Of a stretch of 64,000 nt of DNA, positions 37,619-47,031 are shown in pieces. A program made the position numbers and the translations under genes. Positions within the stretch are counted from its first letter, which is position 1. Every line of letters begins with the position of its first letter. The notes under the pieces are model-generated. The model was not told where the DNA came from, did no database searches, and was given only the letters and a program-made list of their open reading frames with translations. This DNA comes from a virus (taxonomy: Duplodnaviria > Heunggongvirae > Uroviricota > Caudoviricetes): the IMG/VR virus record IMGVR_UViG_3300028048_000043, one strand, 5' to 3'.

Positions 37619-37858
37619 TTAAAATTTCCAAAGAAAACTAAAATTATTTTCAGATGTCCATCGTTTAAGTATGACTTCTATTGTGTGCATTGATAGTCCG
37701 GTCTTCTTCTTTAACGATTTAAACATATCAGTTGTTGGTGATGTTAGATGGTTTATTTCTATGTAGGAGAGAAAGTTATATATCAGATCGTCTATTTTTA
37801 GTTCGTCAGGTATAATTGTGAGAGTGCCGCGAATTTTATCTTTGCTTATTTTGTACAT
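37619..37858 (-). CDS. small protein translationally coupled to radical SAM gene
   Basis: 79 aa; TAATATG junction with rSAM stop; possible HTH (TGLSMHTIEVILKRW). Confidence 0.4.
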   Translation of the reverse strand: MYKISKDKIRGTLTIIPDELKIDDLIYNFLSYIEINHLTSPTTDMFKSLKKKTGLSMHTIEVILKRWTSENNFSFLWKF

Positions 37859-37859
37859 A

Positions 37860-38708
37860 TTAGTCTGTTCTTACAAGAAGTTTTCTATCTTTATTGTTTT
37901 TAAACATCATAGTTTGATAACATTTTGCACAATTAGGTATAAATGCGTTATAGAACTTCATGTTAAATTCCTTGAATCTCTTGTCGAATCCGCCATCAAG
38001 ATAATCAGATATGTTTGCATATTGAAGCACTCCCATATCACATTTGTATATGTCACCATCCTCATCAATAAGGAATGTATATAAAGACTCTGGTTTCTGA
38101 CAGTAACACCCAAAGAAACTATAAATCCCGTTAGATGAAAACGCGCTTCTTCCAATCGGTACTATTCCACTTTCACTTAAATAGTTTATATCAGGAATGT
38201 TATATTTTGCACCCATCTTTTCAAGAAGTTCTCCAGCTTTATCCACATTTTTATTTGTGTGCCATTTATCCCTTGAAATCGATATGTTTATTTTATCTCC
38301 ACAGTTTATGACGAGTCGCTGAAGTTTTGCTTGAACAGAAATATTGTTAGCCCAGTCTCCATTGCTGACAATTCTTGCGTGTTTACAGGAATCTATAAGA
38401 ATTGTAAATATTTCATACCAGTCAGGGTTACAGAAAAATTCTCCTCCCATAAGGTTAATACTTACGACGTCGTTGTTTTTGATGAATTGAGCAATCTCCT
38501 TTGCCCTGTCTATGCTCATCATTATTTTGCTTTCTGGAGACGAATTGAAGCAGCAATGGGAACATTTTTGTGTACATTTATTCGTTATCCTTATTGTCCA
38601 ATGAAGAAACCGCATGCACTCGTTTGCTAATTTACAAGTGTTGCAGTTACAGTCGTGTTTTCCTTTACAAGTTTCCTCTACACAAATGTTGCAAGGAGGT
38701 TTTCTCAT
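37860..38708 (-). CDS. radical SAM enzyme with N-terminal Cys-rich extension and C-terminal twitch/SPASM-like motif (paralog 1)
   Basis: CTQKCSHC (Cx3Cx2C), NLMGGEFF (GGE motif), C-x14-G-x4-C then CAKC at C-terminus; N-terminal CNICVEETCKGKHDCNCNTCKLANEC. Confidence 0.7.
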   Translation of the reverse strand: MRKPPCNICVEETCKGKHDCNCNTCKLANECMRFLHWTIRITNKCTQKCSHCCFNSSPESKIMMSIDRAKEIAQFIKNNDVVSINLMGGEFFCNPDWYEIFTILIDSCKHARIVSNGDWANNISVQAKLQRLVINCGDKINISISRDKWHTNKNVDKAGELLEKMGAKYNIPDINYLSESGIVPIGRSAFSSNGIYSFFGCYCQKPESLYTFLIDEDGDIYKCDMGVLQYANISDYLDGGFDKRFKEFNMKFYNAFIPNCAKCYQTMMFKNNKDRKLLVRTD

Positions 38709-39049
38709 TACTGTCTGTTCTTTAACTCTTCCTTTATTCGTTTTTGAAAAGCGATCATGTCGCTTTCTGTTCTGAAGCAGAGGAATCCATTCATAACCTT
38801 ATCGTGATAATGAACGATCCCTTCCTTTGTCAAGAGATAGTCATCCTCTTTTATCTGATCCTGATGGCATTCGTATGTCCATAAGGTGACTTCAAAGTTC
38901 GTCTTTAAAGCATCCTTTATCGTTTGACAAATTGATTCTCTCTTTACATCATACACGCGTTTCTCTCCTTCTTGTGGAGGACCAAGATATTCATCAAGTC
39001 TCTCCTTATATGTTTTTGCTTCTTTCATAATTAATCTATTCCCATCCAA
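38708..39049 (-). CDS. hypothetical protein, ATGA-coupled upstream of rSAM
   Basis: 113-aa ORF. Confidence 0.4.
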   Translation of the reverse strand: MDGNRLIMKEAKTYKERLDEYLGPPQEGEKRVYDVKRESICQTIKDALKTNFEVTLWTYECHQDQIKEDDYLLTKEGIVHYHDKVMNGFLCFRTESDMIAFQKRIKEELKNRQ

Positions 39050-39414
39050 AGTCCATACTTGTCACAGAAATTCTTGAAGATGGTCTTTATCTCCTCTCCA
39101 AACACATGATAATGAAAATTGTCAGACTCCTTTGAGTCTCTCGCCCTGTTGTCATGCTGCTCCCAAAGAAATCCTCTGATCTCCTGGATCTGGTTTCCAT
39201 CTTCAATGAACTGTTTATAATCAAAGCCGGGCTCATTGAACTTATCTTTCAGGAACAGTGTCAGACCATCCACACAAGGAAGACAATCAATCTCAGAAAC
39301 CCACTTTCCTTTCTCACCATATGCTTCCTTCTTGTAGTATTCTATATCAAACATAACAACTCCCCTACTATTCTTTGGAGAATCTTTTGGTGTGTAACCT
39401 AAATAGTAAGTCAT
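39031..39414 (-). CDS. hypothetical protein
   Basis: 127-aa ORF. Confidence 0.4.
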   Translation of the reverse strand: MTYYLGYTPKDSPKNSRGVVMFDIEYYKKEAYGEKGKWVSEIDCLPCVDGLTLFLKDKFNEPGFDYKQFIEDGNQIQEIRGFLWEQHDNRARDSKESDNFHYHVFGEEIKTIFKNFCDKYGLWMGID

Positions 39415-39416
39415 AA

Positions 39417-39869
39417 CTACAAATTTATTAAGAGTTTCAGTTGATTATCGATTTCATTTTTCTGTGCAGTGAGTTTTTCCTGAAGATCGCTGACGCGATC
39501 GTAATCTGGCTCTATAACACATTCTAGGAGAGCTTTCACGAAATCCTCATAAGCCTTTCTTTGCTTACCTTTATACGTGTGTCTCCAGAACTGAAAGCAA
39601 TCGTAATGTTCCTTTGTGTTTTGAGACCAAGTGTAGAACGCATAACTTTTTTCTCTGTCATGAACACTATAATCGCTAAAAAAGGATACTACCGTTGCTC
39701 TTTTAAGATTTGAACTTTTACCGAATCGTTTTACAACTTCGGCGTATTTTACTTTATCAATCTTATACGGAACATTGTACCTGTATTTCGTACCTAATAT
39801 GTTTTCTAAGAAATCAGCCTGGTAGCTGTCTGTAGCGTCTGAATATGTCATCTTATTTCGTATTTTCAA
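39417..39869 (-). CDS. hypothetical protein
   Basis: 150-aa ORF. Confidence 0.4.
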   Translation of the reverse strand: MKIRNKMTYSDATDSYQADFLENILGTKYRYNVPYKIDKVKYAEVVKRFGKSSNLKRATVVSFFSDYSVHDREKSYAFYTWSQNTKEHYDCFQFWRHTYKGKQRKAYEDFVKALLECVIEPDYDRVSDLQEKLTAQKNEIDNQLKLLINL

Positions 39870-40071
39870 TATAATCTCTTAAACAGGACAGTTCCTGCTG
39901 AGTAGAAACCATCAAGCCTTCCATTTCAAATAAAGCCTTGCCTTCCATATCATCGTCTTTATTGACTCGTCCTTTTAGAAGTCTGGTCATACAATTATCG
40001 ATGTCTTTATAAAGGTTGTCTATGCTATCAAGTACTTTTTGTTTTTCGTAGAGTTCGCTATCTATTACCAT
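39853..40071 (-). CDS. hypothetical protein
   Basis: 72-aa ORF. Confidence 0.35.
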   Translation of the reverse strand: MVIDSELYEKQKVLDSIDNLYKDIDNCMTRLLKGRVNKDDDMEGKALFEMEGLMVSTQQELSCLRDYIENTK

Positions 40072-40262
40072 AAATTCTTCGGTTTCTTTTCGATGACAAT
40101 TTTAAGTTGTTCTTCTTTCATTCCGTAATAAGGATTCTGAGCAGTATAATACTCAATCCAAGGAACAGGATGTTCTGCTGTTTTTTCTGTGTGCATCCTC
40201 GACTGAAGCTGAAGAGGCGCCTGAATAGATTCTTTCCATCTACGTTTAGCATCCTCAATCAT
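40065..40262 (-). CDS. hypothetical protein
   Basis: 65-aa ORF; upstream 84 nt are in-frame and stop-free back to the TGA of 40347-40607. Confidence 0.35.
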   Translation of the reverse strand: MIEDAKRRWKESIQAPLQLQSRMHTEKTAEHPVPWIEYYTAQNPYYGMKEEQLKIVIEKKPKNLW

Positions 40263-40346
40263 TCTTCTTTGGTGCCAATCTTCGATGTAGTGACCTCCTA
40301 TTCCTCCGTCAACGTACGTTCCAACGACAGGAATTTTTTCATATGA

Positions 40347-40607
40347 TCATTTCTTATCATTAAATTCGTTCCATCTGCGTGCGATTTCCTCACCAAACGC
40401 TTTAGCGTCATCGTACGTCGCTTTAGCGTCTTTGTATAAATCGCTATCATATAATTTTATTTCAGCAATTGGAACAATCATGCTTCCTGAGTCGCATTTT
40501 ATTCCTAGTTCAACGGTTGAGTATTTAAATCGTGGCACACAGACCATTTCACATTTTGTCGTATCAAAGGTTCCAGATACAAACTCCATTATAGGTTTTA
40601 TTTCCAT
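40347..40607 (-). CDS. hypothetical protein
   Basis: 86-aa ORF. Confidence 0.35.
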   Translation of the reverse strand: MEIKPIMEFVSGTFDTTKCEMVCVPRFKYSTVELGIKCDSGSMIVPIAEIKLYDSDLYKDAKATYDDAKAFGEEIARRWNEFNDKK

Positions 40608-40709
40608 TATTTTGCTCCAGTCATAAATTTACGAAACTTTCTAACCATATATTGTTTGAACCGTATTTTCAGTGTAAGCCAACAATGATTCTTTCTCAGC
40701 TTTATCCAT

Positions 40710-40973
40710 TTAATCTAAATCTGAAAAATCTGGTTCCTCGTAAGGTTCTTCTTTAATAAATTTTATTACATCAGCAAACGCCCGCCTTAAGAATAGGTTT
40801 GAATAATTGTTTGCGTTGTATTTTGATATCATCTCCTCACAATGCTTTATAATATCATCCCCCGCGCCTTCATATCCTTTTATGCAGGCTAATCTAAAGT
40901 ACAGGTTGTCATCACCTAATGGTGTTGGATCTATTGGATAATTTTTTGTTGCAAAATCTTCAGATCTTTTCAT
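40710..40973 (-). CDS. hypothetical protein
   Basis: 87-aa ORF. Confidence 0.35.
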   Translation of the reverse strand: MKRSEDFATKNYPIDPTPLGDDNLYFRLACIKGYEGAGDDIIKHCEEMISKYNANNYSNLFLRRAFADVIKFIKEEPYEEPDFSDLD

Positions 40974-41095
40974 ATTTTATTCTGTTAATGTATTTGTTAC
41001 AAGAACATATGGAATGTAAATAGCGGCTAGTTTATTATAAATGTACCGCAGAAAACATTTCTTTTTCTAGACTTTTAATCTTATCATCCATATGA

Positions 41096-41623
41096 TTATT
41101 GCTCCTTTGGAAGTTTATCTAGGTCATCGAGACTTATCGAGTAACCTTTATGATATAGATAACTTTCATTTTTCTTTACACTGTAATGAAAAACAAAAGT
41201 ATCGTTTTCACATCCTGGTGCATTGCATTTCTTCCATGTTGGAAGCTGCTTCTGAAATTCTTTCTTTGCTTCAGATAGCAGTGTCGGTGAGAACGATTTT
41301 ACAAAATCAGAGAGTTTTGTTTCTGGAAAAACTGTTGCCTGGGATATAGCGTATCCACAAACTTCGCCAAGAGTTTTCTCAAACTTTGTAAGTTCTGGAT
41401 CCGCATCTAAAAGAAAAAGATCATGAAAACTTTCACAGTCTTTTCCAACAAGACCTTCTTTTGTATAAAATTCCGCGTGCTTACCATATCTGTCTTCAAA
41501 GTATGCTAGAATTGGTTTGTCTCCTCCTGAATCATAACACGCTATTTTTGCCGGTCTTCCATCGCGTGTAACGACTTTCGCCCCAGCTTTCGCTTCATCA
41601 ATATTAAATGGTTTTGTTTTCAT
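41096..41623 (-). CDS. hypothetical protein, paralog of N-terminal half of 62260-63165
   Basis: shared PFNI...VTRDGRPAK..CYD and DLFLLDADPELTKFEKTL vs DLFIITPDPELSEFEKEL. Confidence 0.45.
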   Translation of the reverse strand: MKTKPFNIDEAKAGAKVVTRDGRPAKIACYDSGGDKPILAYFEDRYGKHAEFYTKEGLVGKDCESFHDLFLLDADPELTKFEKTLGEVCGYAISQATVFPETKLSDFVKSFSPTLLSEAKKEFQKQLPTWKKCNAPGCENDTFVFHYSVKKNESYLYHKGYSISLDDLDKLPKEQ

Positions 41624-41629
41624 AATATG

Positions 41630-41881
41630 TTATTTAATTGCCCGATTTCCTTCTTTGTATCTTACAATTGCATCAACAAGCTTTGCAGCAAATTTATAAA
41701 TTTCTGTTTGTTCAAAAGGTTGACTGCCTATACAAAATTTGAAATATTTTTTTCCAATTATCAAGATAGGATCTCCATCAGGTGCCCTATATCCATCTAG
41801 AGTTATGTTTGGACTATCTCCGCTTAATATCTTTTGCACCATTTCATTAACCGATTTTGTATTTTTCTTCTGCCTTAACAA
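41630..41881 (-). CDS. hypothetical protein
   Basis: 83-aa ORF. Confidence 0.35.
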   Translation of the reverse strand: MLRQKKNTKSVNEMVQKILSGDSPNITLDGYRAPDGDPILIIGKKYFKFCIGSQPFEQTEIYKFAAKLVDAIVRYKEGNRAIK

Positions 41882-42506
41882 ACGGCTCCACTTTATCCAA
41901 TTCGTCGTAGAGACCCTTGATATAGGCGTTTGTTTCTGCGGTGTTGTTAACTTCCTTTTCCCATTCTTCGGTGTGATAGTTTATTTCCCATTCACAATGC
42001 TCAATCTGAGTTTTATACCATTCGTCGATCGACGGTATAGGTTCATTTTTCTTTTTCTCTTTATTTGGCTTTCCACAATCAAAGTTCATACTTTCTGTCA
42101 GTTGATCGTGCATAAGCTTCTTAAGAGACGAATATTCTGAAGATGGTTTCCACGCGACAACTTTATCAAGCATTTCAAGATATCTTGAACGGCGCTCCTC
42201 GCGATCATTATCAATTTCTTCGTTTTCGGCAGTCAACTTTGCCATTTCTCGCTCGTATATTGCTTGAAGTTCATTCGGACGATTCTTTAAATCTTGCCAC
42301 TTCATCAATTCGTTTTTTGCGATTTCAAGGCACTTCTTGTGATATGGATCTGGAGATAGAATCGGCGCCTTATCCTTTGGCATTTCTTTTTCACCGTGAT
42401 CAGATGCTCTGTATCCGTAACCAAGATATCTTACGCAATCAAGCACGAAATTACGGAACGACATGTCTCGTCCGTCATAAATTTTACTTGTTAGTCCTGT
42501 TGGCAT
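41847..42506 (-). CDS. hypothetical protein
   Basis: 219-aa ORF, charged coiled-coil segments. Confidence 0.45.
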   Translation of the reverse strand: MPTGLTSKIYDGRDMSFRNFVLDCVRYLGYGYRASDHGEKEMPKDKAPILSPDPYHKKCLEIAKNELMKWQDLKNRPNELQAIYEREMAKLTAENEEIDNDREERRSRYLEMLDKVVAWKPSSEYSSLKKLMHDQLTESMNFDCGKPNKEKKKNEPIPSIDEWYKTQIEHCEWEINYHTEEWEKEVNNTAETNAYIKGLYDELDKVEPFVKAEEKYKIG

Positions 42507-42541
42507 ATTTTACGAGGTTTTTGTGAAACAATCTTTATTTT

Positions 42542-42859
42542 CTAAACATCTTTTTCATTCTTGTCGGTGTAGTGACTGGTTATGTCTGTTGAATCTCCAT
42601 ATGCTCTCTTTTTCCAGTCTACATACATCTTTATTGCGCTGAACAAAGCCCAGGCGCAGAAAGCGTAAAGCGGAACATCAAAGAACACAACCCATCTCCA
42701 ATCTATCGCATTTTTCTTTATAAGCGTTCCGTAATGTCCGAATATAGATGCCCCTATTCCGAATCCGGCTAAAATAAAAACAGCTATCATTCCTCCGTTT
42801 TGGAAGAATTTATTCATTTTCTCATAAAGCTTTTCACTGAAAGATTTACTCTTTTCCAT
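42542..42859 (-). CDS. membrane protein
   Basis: 105 aa, at least 2 TM helices. Confidence 0.4.
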   Translation of the reverse strand: MEKSKSFSEKLYEKMNKFFQNGGMIAVFILAGFGIGASIFGHYGTLIKKNAIDWRWVVFFDVPLYAFCAWALFSAIKMYVDWKKRAYGDSTDITSHYTDKNEKDV

Positions 42860-42970
42860 TATAGGTTTTTTATTTGTTAATATAACTGTGTCACCTACTG
42901 AATAAAGTTAATTAGTATAGAATTTTAAATGTTTTCCGCAATTAAACGTTTCATGTAATTTTATGTTATG

Positions 42971-43189
42971 TTAATTATTTTTTGATTTTCCGTATTTCCA
43001 GCTTATTCCAACAACGAACCAAAGAAAACAAAGATCTACGCATCTTGTAAACATATATTTCTTTCCGAATTCATAGCTGTTGTAGCTATATGTAGTTAGA
43101 GTAGGAAAAAGATAAAATGAACTGAAGAATCTCCAATCTTTGATTCTTGGCGTTAAGTTGTAAAATTTGAATTCTCTATCAGATTTCAT
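42971..43189 (-). CDS. small hydrophobic protein
   Basis: 72-aa ORF, weak. Confidence 0.3.
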   Translation of the reverse strand: MKSDREFKFYNLTPRIKDWRFFSSFYLFPTLTTYSYNSYEFGKKYMFTRCVDLCFLWFVVGISWKYGKSKNN

Positions 43190-43896
43190 TTTATTCCTCT
43201 CATATAATTTACGAATAGCTTTCCGTAGTATCCACCAAAATGTTCGATGTTGTTAAGTGTCCAGTTTCCAGTAGCTCCGCTATGACTTTGTTCTTCAAAA
43301 TATTCTTTCAACTCATCGAATTGTTTTTCAGGATTGTCTGAGGTTTTTAACACTCTAAGGTAGTATAGAACTTCATCGATATGATAAGATCCATTTAAAT
43401 TGTTTTGAACCATTTCCTTAAAGTCTTTTGACAGGTAATCTGGAACGATGCGTTTTGATTTATCCATATAAGAGTTTACACGAACGCGGTCATAGTTCTC
43501 CTGTGTTCCATAATTTTCTATAACCCACTTTTCATGTTCCTCTTTCATAGCTTTTTCTTTAGCCTCAATCTCTTTGCAGTGCCTCTCAAGCTCTTCCTTT
43601 ATTCTTTTTTCTTCAGCAAGAGCCTCTTCTTTTGGTTTTCCGCAATGAGCAATATACATCTCGTCCTCTGTCATGTCCGAGTTTAGGAGAGTGTCGTTGA
43701 ATCTTGCCGTGATTTTACCAGAGAAACCGTTCATATTTTTGAACATCTCTGCTTTATCTTTCAGCCATCTGTAAGCATCTTTGAAATTCATCATGTATGG
43801 AAAACGTAGTTCAATTGTGTCTACAGAATCAAACACGTCTTCCGATTTAAAGAAAACCGGATTATCTTTTTTCACGATATCTATTTTCTTTTCCAT
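43186..43896 (-). CDS. hypothetical coiled-coil protein
   Basis: 236-aa ORF. Confidence 0.45.
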   Translation of the reverse strand: MEKKIDIVKKDNPVFFKSEDVFDSVDTIELRFPYMMNFKDAYRWLKDKAEMFKNMNGFSGKITARFNDTLLNSDMTEDEMYIAHCGKPKEEALAEEKRIKEELERHCKEIEAKEKAMKEEHEKWVIENYGTQENYDRVRVNSYMDKSKRIVPDYLSKDFKEMVQNNLNGSYHIDEVLYYLRVLKTSDNPEKQFDELKEYFEEQSHSGATGNWTLNNIEHFGGYYGKLFVNYMRGIK

Positions 43897-43908
43897 TTTA
43901 CATGCAAT

Positions 43909-44430
43909 TTACCACTCGTTGATGATAGCCATTATTCCGAGTCCACAAAAGAAAAGTATCAAGAATGACAATATCCTTAACACACCGAAAAGTGCATTGT
44001 GAGGATATCGAGAAATGCCGTCGGGGATAGTTATCTCGTCCCCTTTGTCACCATGATTATCCATAAGGCTTTCCCTAACCTTCATAAGTATATTTGACTT
44101 TTCAAGTTGAGTCGCATCCTCCTTTTCCACTACCAGTTTGAGTTCGTCTCTACAAGCAACAAGATTCTTGTACCAGAAACCTATATTTTCATCCTCAGTT
44201 TTCCACAACACAGATGTGTATCCGGAAGTAAGGTTGTTTATTTCAGCGTAATTGATTGCGGTTTCAAGCCTGGATAGACTGAGTTCAACGCTGTTGGCGT
44301 CGGCCGCCTGTTTGATATATCCTCCACAGTTCTGATTGAACTTAATGGATTTAACAAGAACAATGGTAGGAACAACAAGTCCGATAATAATCCCTACAAA
44401 AAGAAGTGGAAGTAGATTTCTGTTTGTCAT
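43909..44430 (-). CDS. membrane-anchored protein
   Basis: N-terminal TM (LLPLLFVGIIIGLVVPTIVLV) and C-terminal TM. Confidence 0.45.
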   Translation of the reverse strand: MTNRNLLPLLFVGIIIGLVVPTIVLVKSIKFNQNCGGYIKQAADANSVELSLSRLETAINYAEINNLTSGYTSVLWKTEDENIGFWYKNLVACRDELKLVVEKEDATQLEKSNILMKVRESLMDNHGDKGDEITIPDGISRYPHNALFGVLRILSFLILFFCGLGIMAIINEW

Positions 44431-44454
44431 GTTTTTTGTTTTTATAATATTAAC

Positions 44455-44470
44455 GATGCAAATATATGGA
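44455..44470 (-). promoter_or_regulatory. TAnnTTTG element (minus strand)
   Basis: rc CCATATATTTGCATCG about 30 nt upstream of ATG 44430. Confidence 0.45.
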
Positions 44471-44494
44471 ATTGTTTTTTAATTTCCAAATTTA

Positions 44495-45292
44495 TTAAAT
44501 TTTTATTATTTGAACTTTCGCGTTGTCTCCTGCTGAAAGATTTGTGCAGTCTTTATGAACTGGTATCTTTAACCATCCGTCATTATCATGACATATTCTT
44601 GTTCCGTGTGTTTCTCCTTGTTCTTCTTGCCATTTCGCTCCAGCTTTGAACGCGAGTTCTATTTCGACGTTTCCAACTCCTTCAGAAGGATACATTTCGT
44701 AAGCATATTTTTCTGCTGCATCGTTCAACCCGACAGATTCGTTTCGTTTCGCTTTACTGTTTGTTGAGGTGTTTAGTCCGAAATTCCTTAAAGTTTTCAA
44801 TAAATTTCTAAACAAACTATCATAGCAATAGAAATAAATCTTTGGGTATTTCTCTGAAAATTTTATATTATCGGAAAACAGATCAAGTGTTTCATCGTAT
44901 GCGTTTTTAGATTTAGAAATCTTTGTATATCTACTACATTCCCAATCTATGATTGCACCTTCAAAATCAAATGAATTGACAATTCGTTCGATATCATACG
45001 AACCTAGACCGCCACGTTTTTCACACTCTTTTTTTAATTTGTTTTCGAGCCATTCTATATGATGGTTGTTATTGTTTCTGTGGATCCGTTGAACAGTTTC
45101 ATATTTGACGAAAAGACGAATAAACGGCTTTTCTATATCGTGGAACAAATATTTGAATTTCCATTTTCCAAGCTCAATAGCAACTAGATTATATGCTTTC
45201 CAATGGTTCCACCAATATGGGAAACTTGACCGTTCATTTTTGTCAAATTTCCTGAGTCCTTCAAGGTTTGCTTTTATTTTTTCCTTGTTCAT
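44495..45292 (-). CDS. hypothetical protein with shared C-terminal FKAG module
   Basis: AAEKYA...FKAGAKWQEEQG...GDNAKVQIIKI shared with 52767-53189 and 63189-63587. Confidence 0.45.
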   Translation of the reverse strand: MNKEKIKANLEGLRKFDKNERSSFPYWWNHWKAYNLVAIELGKWKFKYLFHDIEKPFIRLFVKYETVQRIHRNNNNHHIEWLENKLKKECEKRGGLGSYDIERIVNSFDFEGAIIDWECSRYTKISKSKNAYDETLDLFSDNIKFSEKYPKIYFYCYDSLFRNLLKTLRNFGLNTSTNSKAKRNESVGLNDAAEKYAYEMYPSEGVGNVEIELAFKAGAKWQEEQGETHGTRICHDNDGWLKIPVHKDCTNLSAGDNAKVQIIKI

Positions 45293-45294
45293 GC

Positions 45295-46239
45295 TTATTC
45301 CTCTTCTTTTTCTCGAACCTGAACTATTACATCTGTATCGTTTTTGAATTTATCAAAAAGTTTTTCCTCGATTCCTGGAGTTTTTACATATGATGTGAAT
45401 GCACTTGTATATACCGTTCCTTCAACGGTTATTCCTTTTTCAGCTTGCTCCTGCTTTCCGGCGATTTTTCCAAGATTGTAATAATGCTTTGCGATTGCGG
45501 AATGTGTTCGGTCATCAAGAATCTCATACATATTATTAAAAGGAATATGCGATCCATATCTTTCTATTTCACGCTCAAGACTGTCCGATTCATTATATGT
45601 TTTAAGATCTGTTTTGAAATGATAACCAGATTCATCAACAACTGCGTCTCCATGAACTTCCGGATAGAAAGTTGTTTTTGGTTCTCTGTATTTTTTATCA
45701 AAGTTCCATTTCTTTAGATAATCAAATTTTTGTTCTTTTGTTTCTGATTTTTCTAATCCTTCACCAGCCGTTCTAAGATAATCTTCAAGTCGTTCTGCTG
45801 CCTGCTGAGGAGTATGACCATCCCATTTATTCGCGACAACTTTTTCAGGAATATTGAAAAGATTCCAATACTTCATTTCATAATGGTTGGAAATCTGTCC
45901 CGTTGGAAGTTCAGCCATAACGATAAACCATCCGCCTCCGAAACATTCTTCGCCGTCGTTGTGTCTCTTACTTTTATGTACGTCATATTCAACTTCCCAT
46001 GATCCGTCAGCCCAACTGTCATAATTTGCAAGGGAATTAAAGAATGCGGCATTATACAGCATCCTATAATTGTAAAGCTCATTAAACGTATGATATCCGT
46101 CCGATATTTCTCCTTTATCGGTCGGTTCGTTTTCCATTTTTTCTGCAAAAGAAATCAGTTTATCAAGACTAGGAGTAGCTATTGGTTGCCACTTCTTCAA
46201 TTCTTCAACCTTCTCTTTCAGTTTTTCAAGATCTATCAT
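45295..46239 (-). CDS. hypothetical protein
   Basis: 314-aa ORF. Confidence 0.45.
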   Translation of the reverse strand: MIDLEKLKEKVEELKKWQPIATPSLDKLISFAEKMENEPTDKGEISDGYHTFNELYNYRMLYNAAFFNSLANYDSWADGSWEVEYDVHKSKRHNDGEECFGGGWFIVMAELPTGQISNHYEMKYWNLFNIPEKVVANKWDGHTPQQAAERLEDYLRTAGEGLEKSETKEQKFDYLKKWNFDKKYREPKTTFYPEVHGDAVVDESGYHFKTDLKTYNESDSLEREIERYGSHIPFNNMYEILDDRTHSAIAKHYYNLGKIAGKQEQAEKGITVEGTVYTSAFTSYVKTPGIEEKLFDKFKNDTDVIVQVREKEEE

Positions 46240-46460
46240 AATGAATTTATTTTGTTTTTCAGTTTTCTAAGAACAAGACGAGCACCTTCATCTTCAGGAC
46301 GATTACTTCCATACGCAGAAGAATATAACTCGTCTAATGCGTCAGAAATGAATTTTTTGCTGATATATTCTTCACATCCTTCAGGATGATTGTCTTTATC
46401 ATATGCAGTTATAAATCCGAACGGATCCAATTTAACCGCTATCTTTTCAAGATTATTCAT
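46236..46460 (-). CDS. hypothetical protein
   Basis: 74-aa ORF. Confidence 0.35.
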   Translation of the reverse strand: MNNLEKIAVKLDPFGFITAYDKDNHPEGCEEYISKKFISDALDELYSSAYGSNRPEDEGARLVLRKLKNKINSL

Positions 46461-46461
46461 A

Positions 46462-46683
46462 TCAATATTTGAAATATTTCTTTAGGTCTTCGATCATCTT
46501 TTCAGTAGAGATTCCTATGCATTCCCAGCTTTTTGTTTTATAATTATACTGATTCATCTGATACTCCGGAGCGGCATCGCTCAACCAGTCGCACACATCT
46601 CTTAACATCGATCTGCGACCTATTATATAAGCGCGTTCACATTCTTGAATTTGAGAGTCTTTCTTTGAACTCATCCTTACCAC
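46462..46683 (-). CDS. hypothetical protein
   Basis: 73-aa ORF. Confidence 0.35.
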   Translation of the reverse strand: MVRMSSKKDSQIQECERAYIIGRRSMLRDVCDWLSDAAPEYQMNQYNYKTKSWECIGISTEKMIEDLKKYFKY

Positions 46684-47031
46684 TTAACTATATATAAATC
46701 CTGTTAAATCAAACATCTTTCTTTTTTTGTCTTCGGTCGGTTCAAACTTGTCTTTTATGACCCAACCAATATCATCATAACCCCCCGTCGCATAATTGGG
46801 AAGTGTCGTATATCTCACCCATCCGAGACTCTCTAAAGCAGCTGTAAGTGAACCATGTTCCCTGTCAAGTTTATCTATTTCATCAATGTCCAAACCAAGT
46901 TTTTCCTCCATAATTTTCCAGGCAGCTCTAGCATGATCCCATTTGCCTGTACAATTAATAACTTCTCCATATGGACTTAACCAACAATCTCTTTCCATAA
47001 TTAAGATTCCTTCTTGTATAAAATTTCCCAA
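46684..47031 (-). CDS. hypothetical protein
   Basis: 115-aa ORF. Confidence 0.4.
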   Translation of the reverse strand: MGNFIQEGILIMERDCWLSPYGEVINCTGKWDHARAAWKIMEEKLGLDIDEIDKLDREHGSLTAALESLGWVRYTTLPNYATGGYDDIGWVIKDKFEPTEDKKRKMFDLTGFIYS

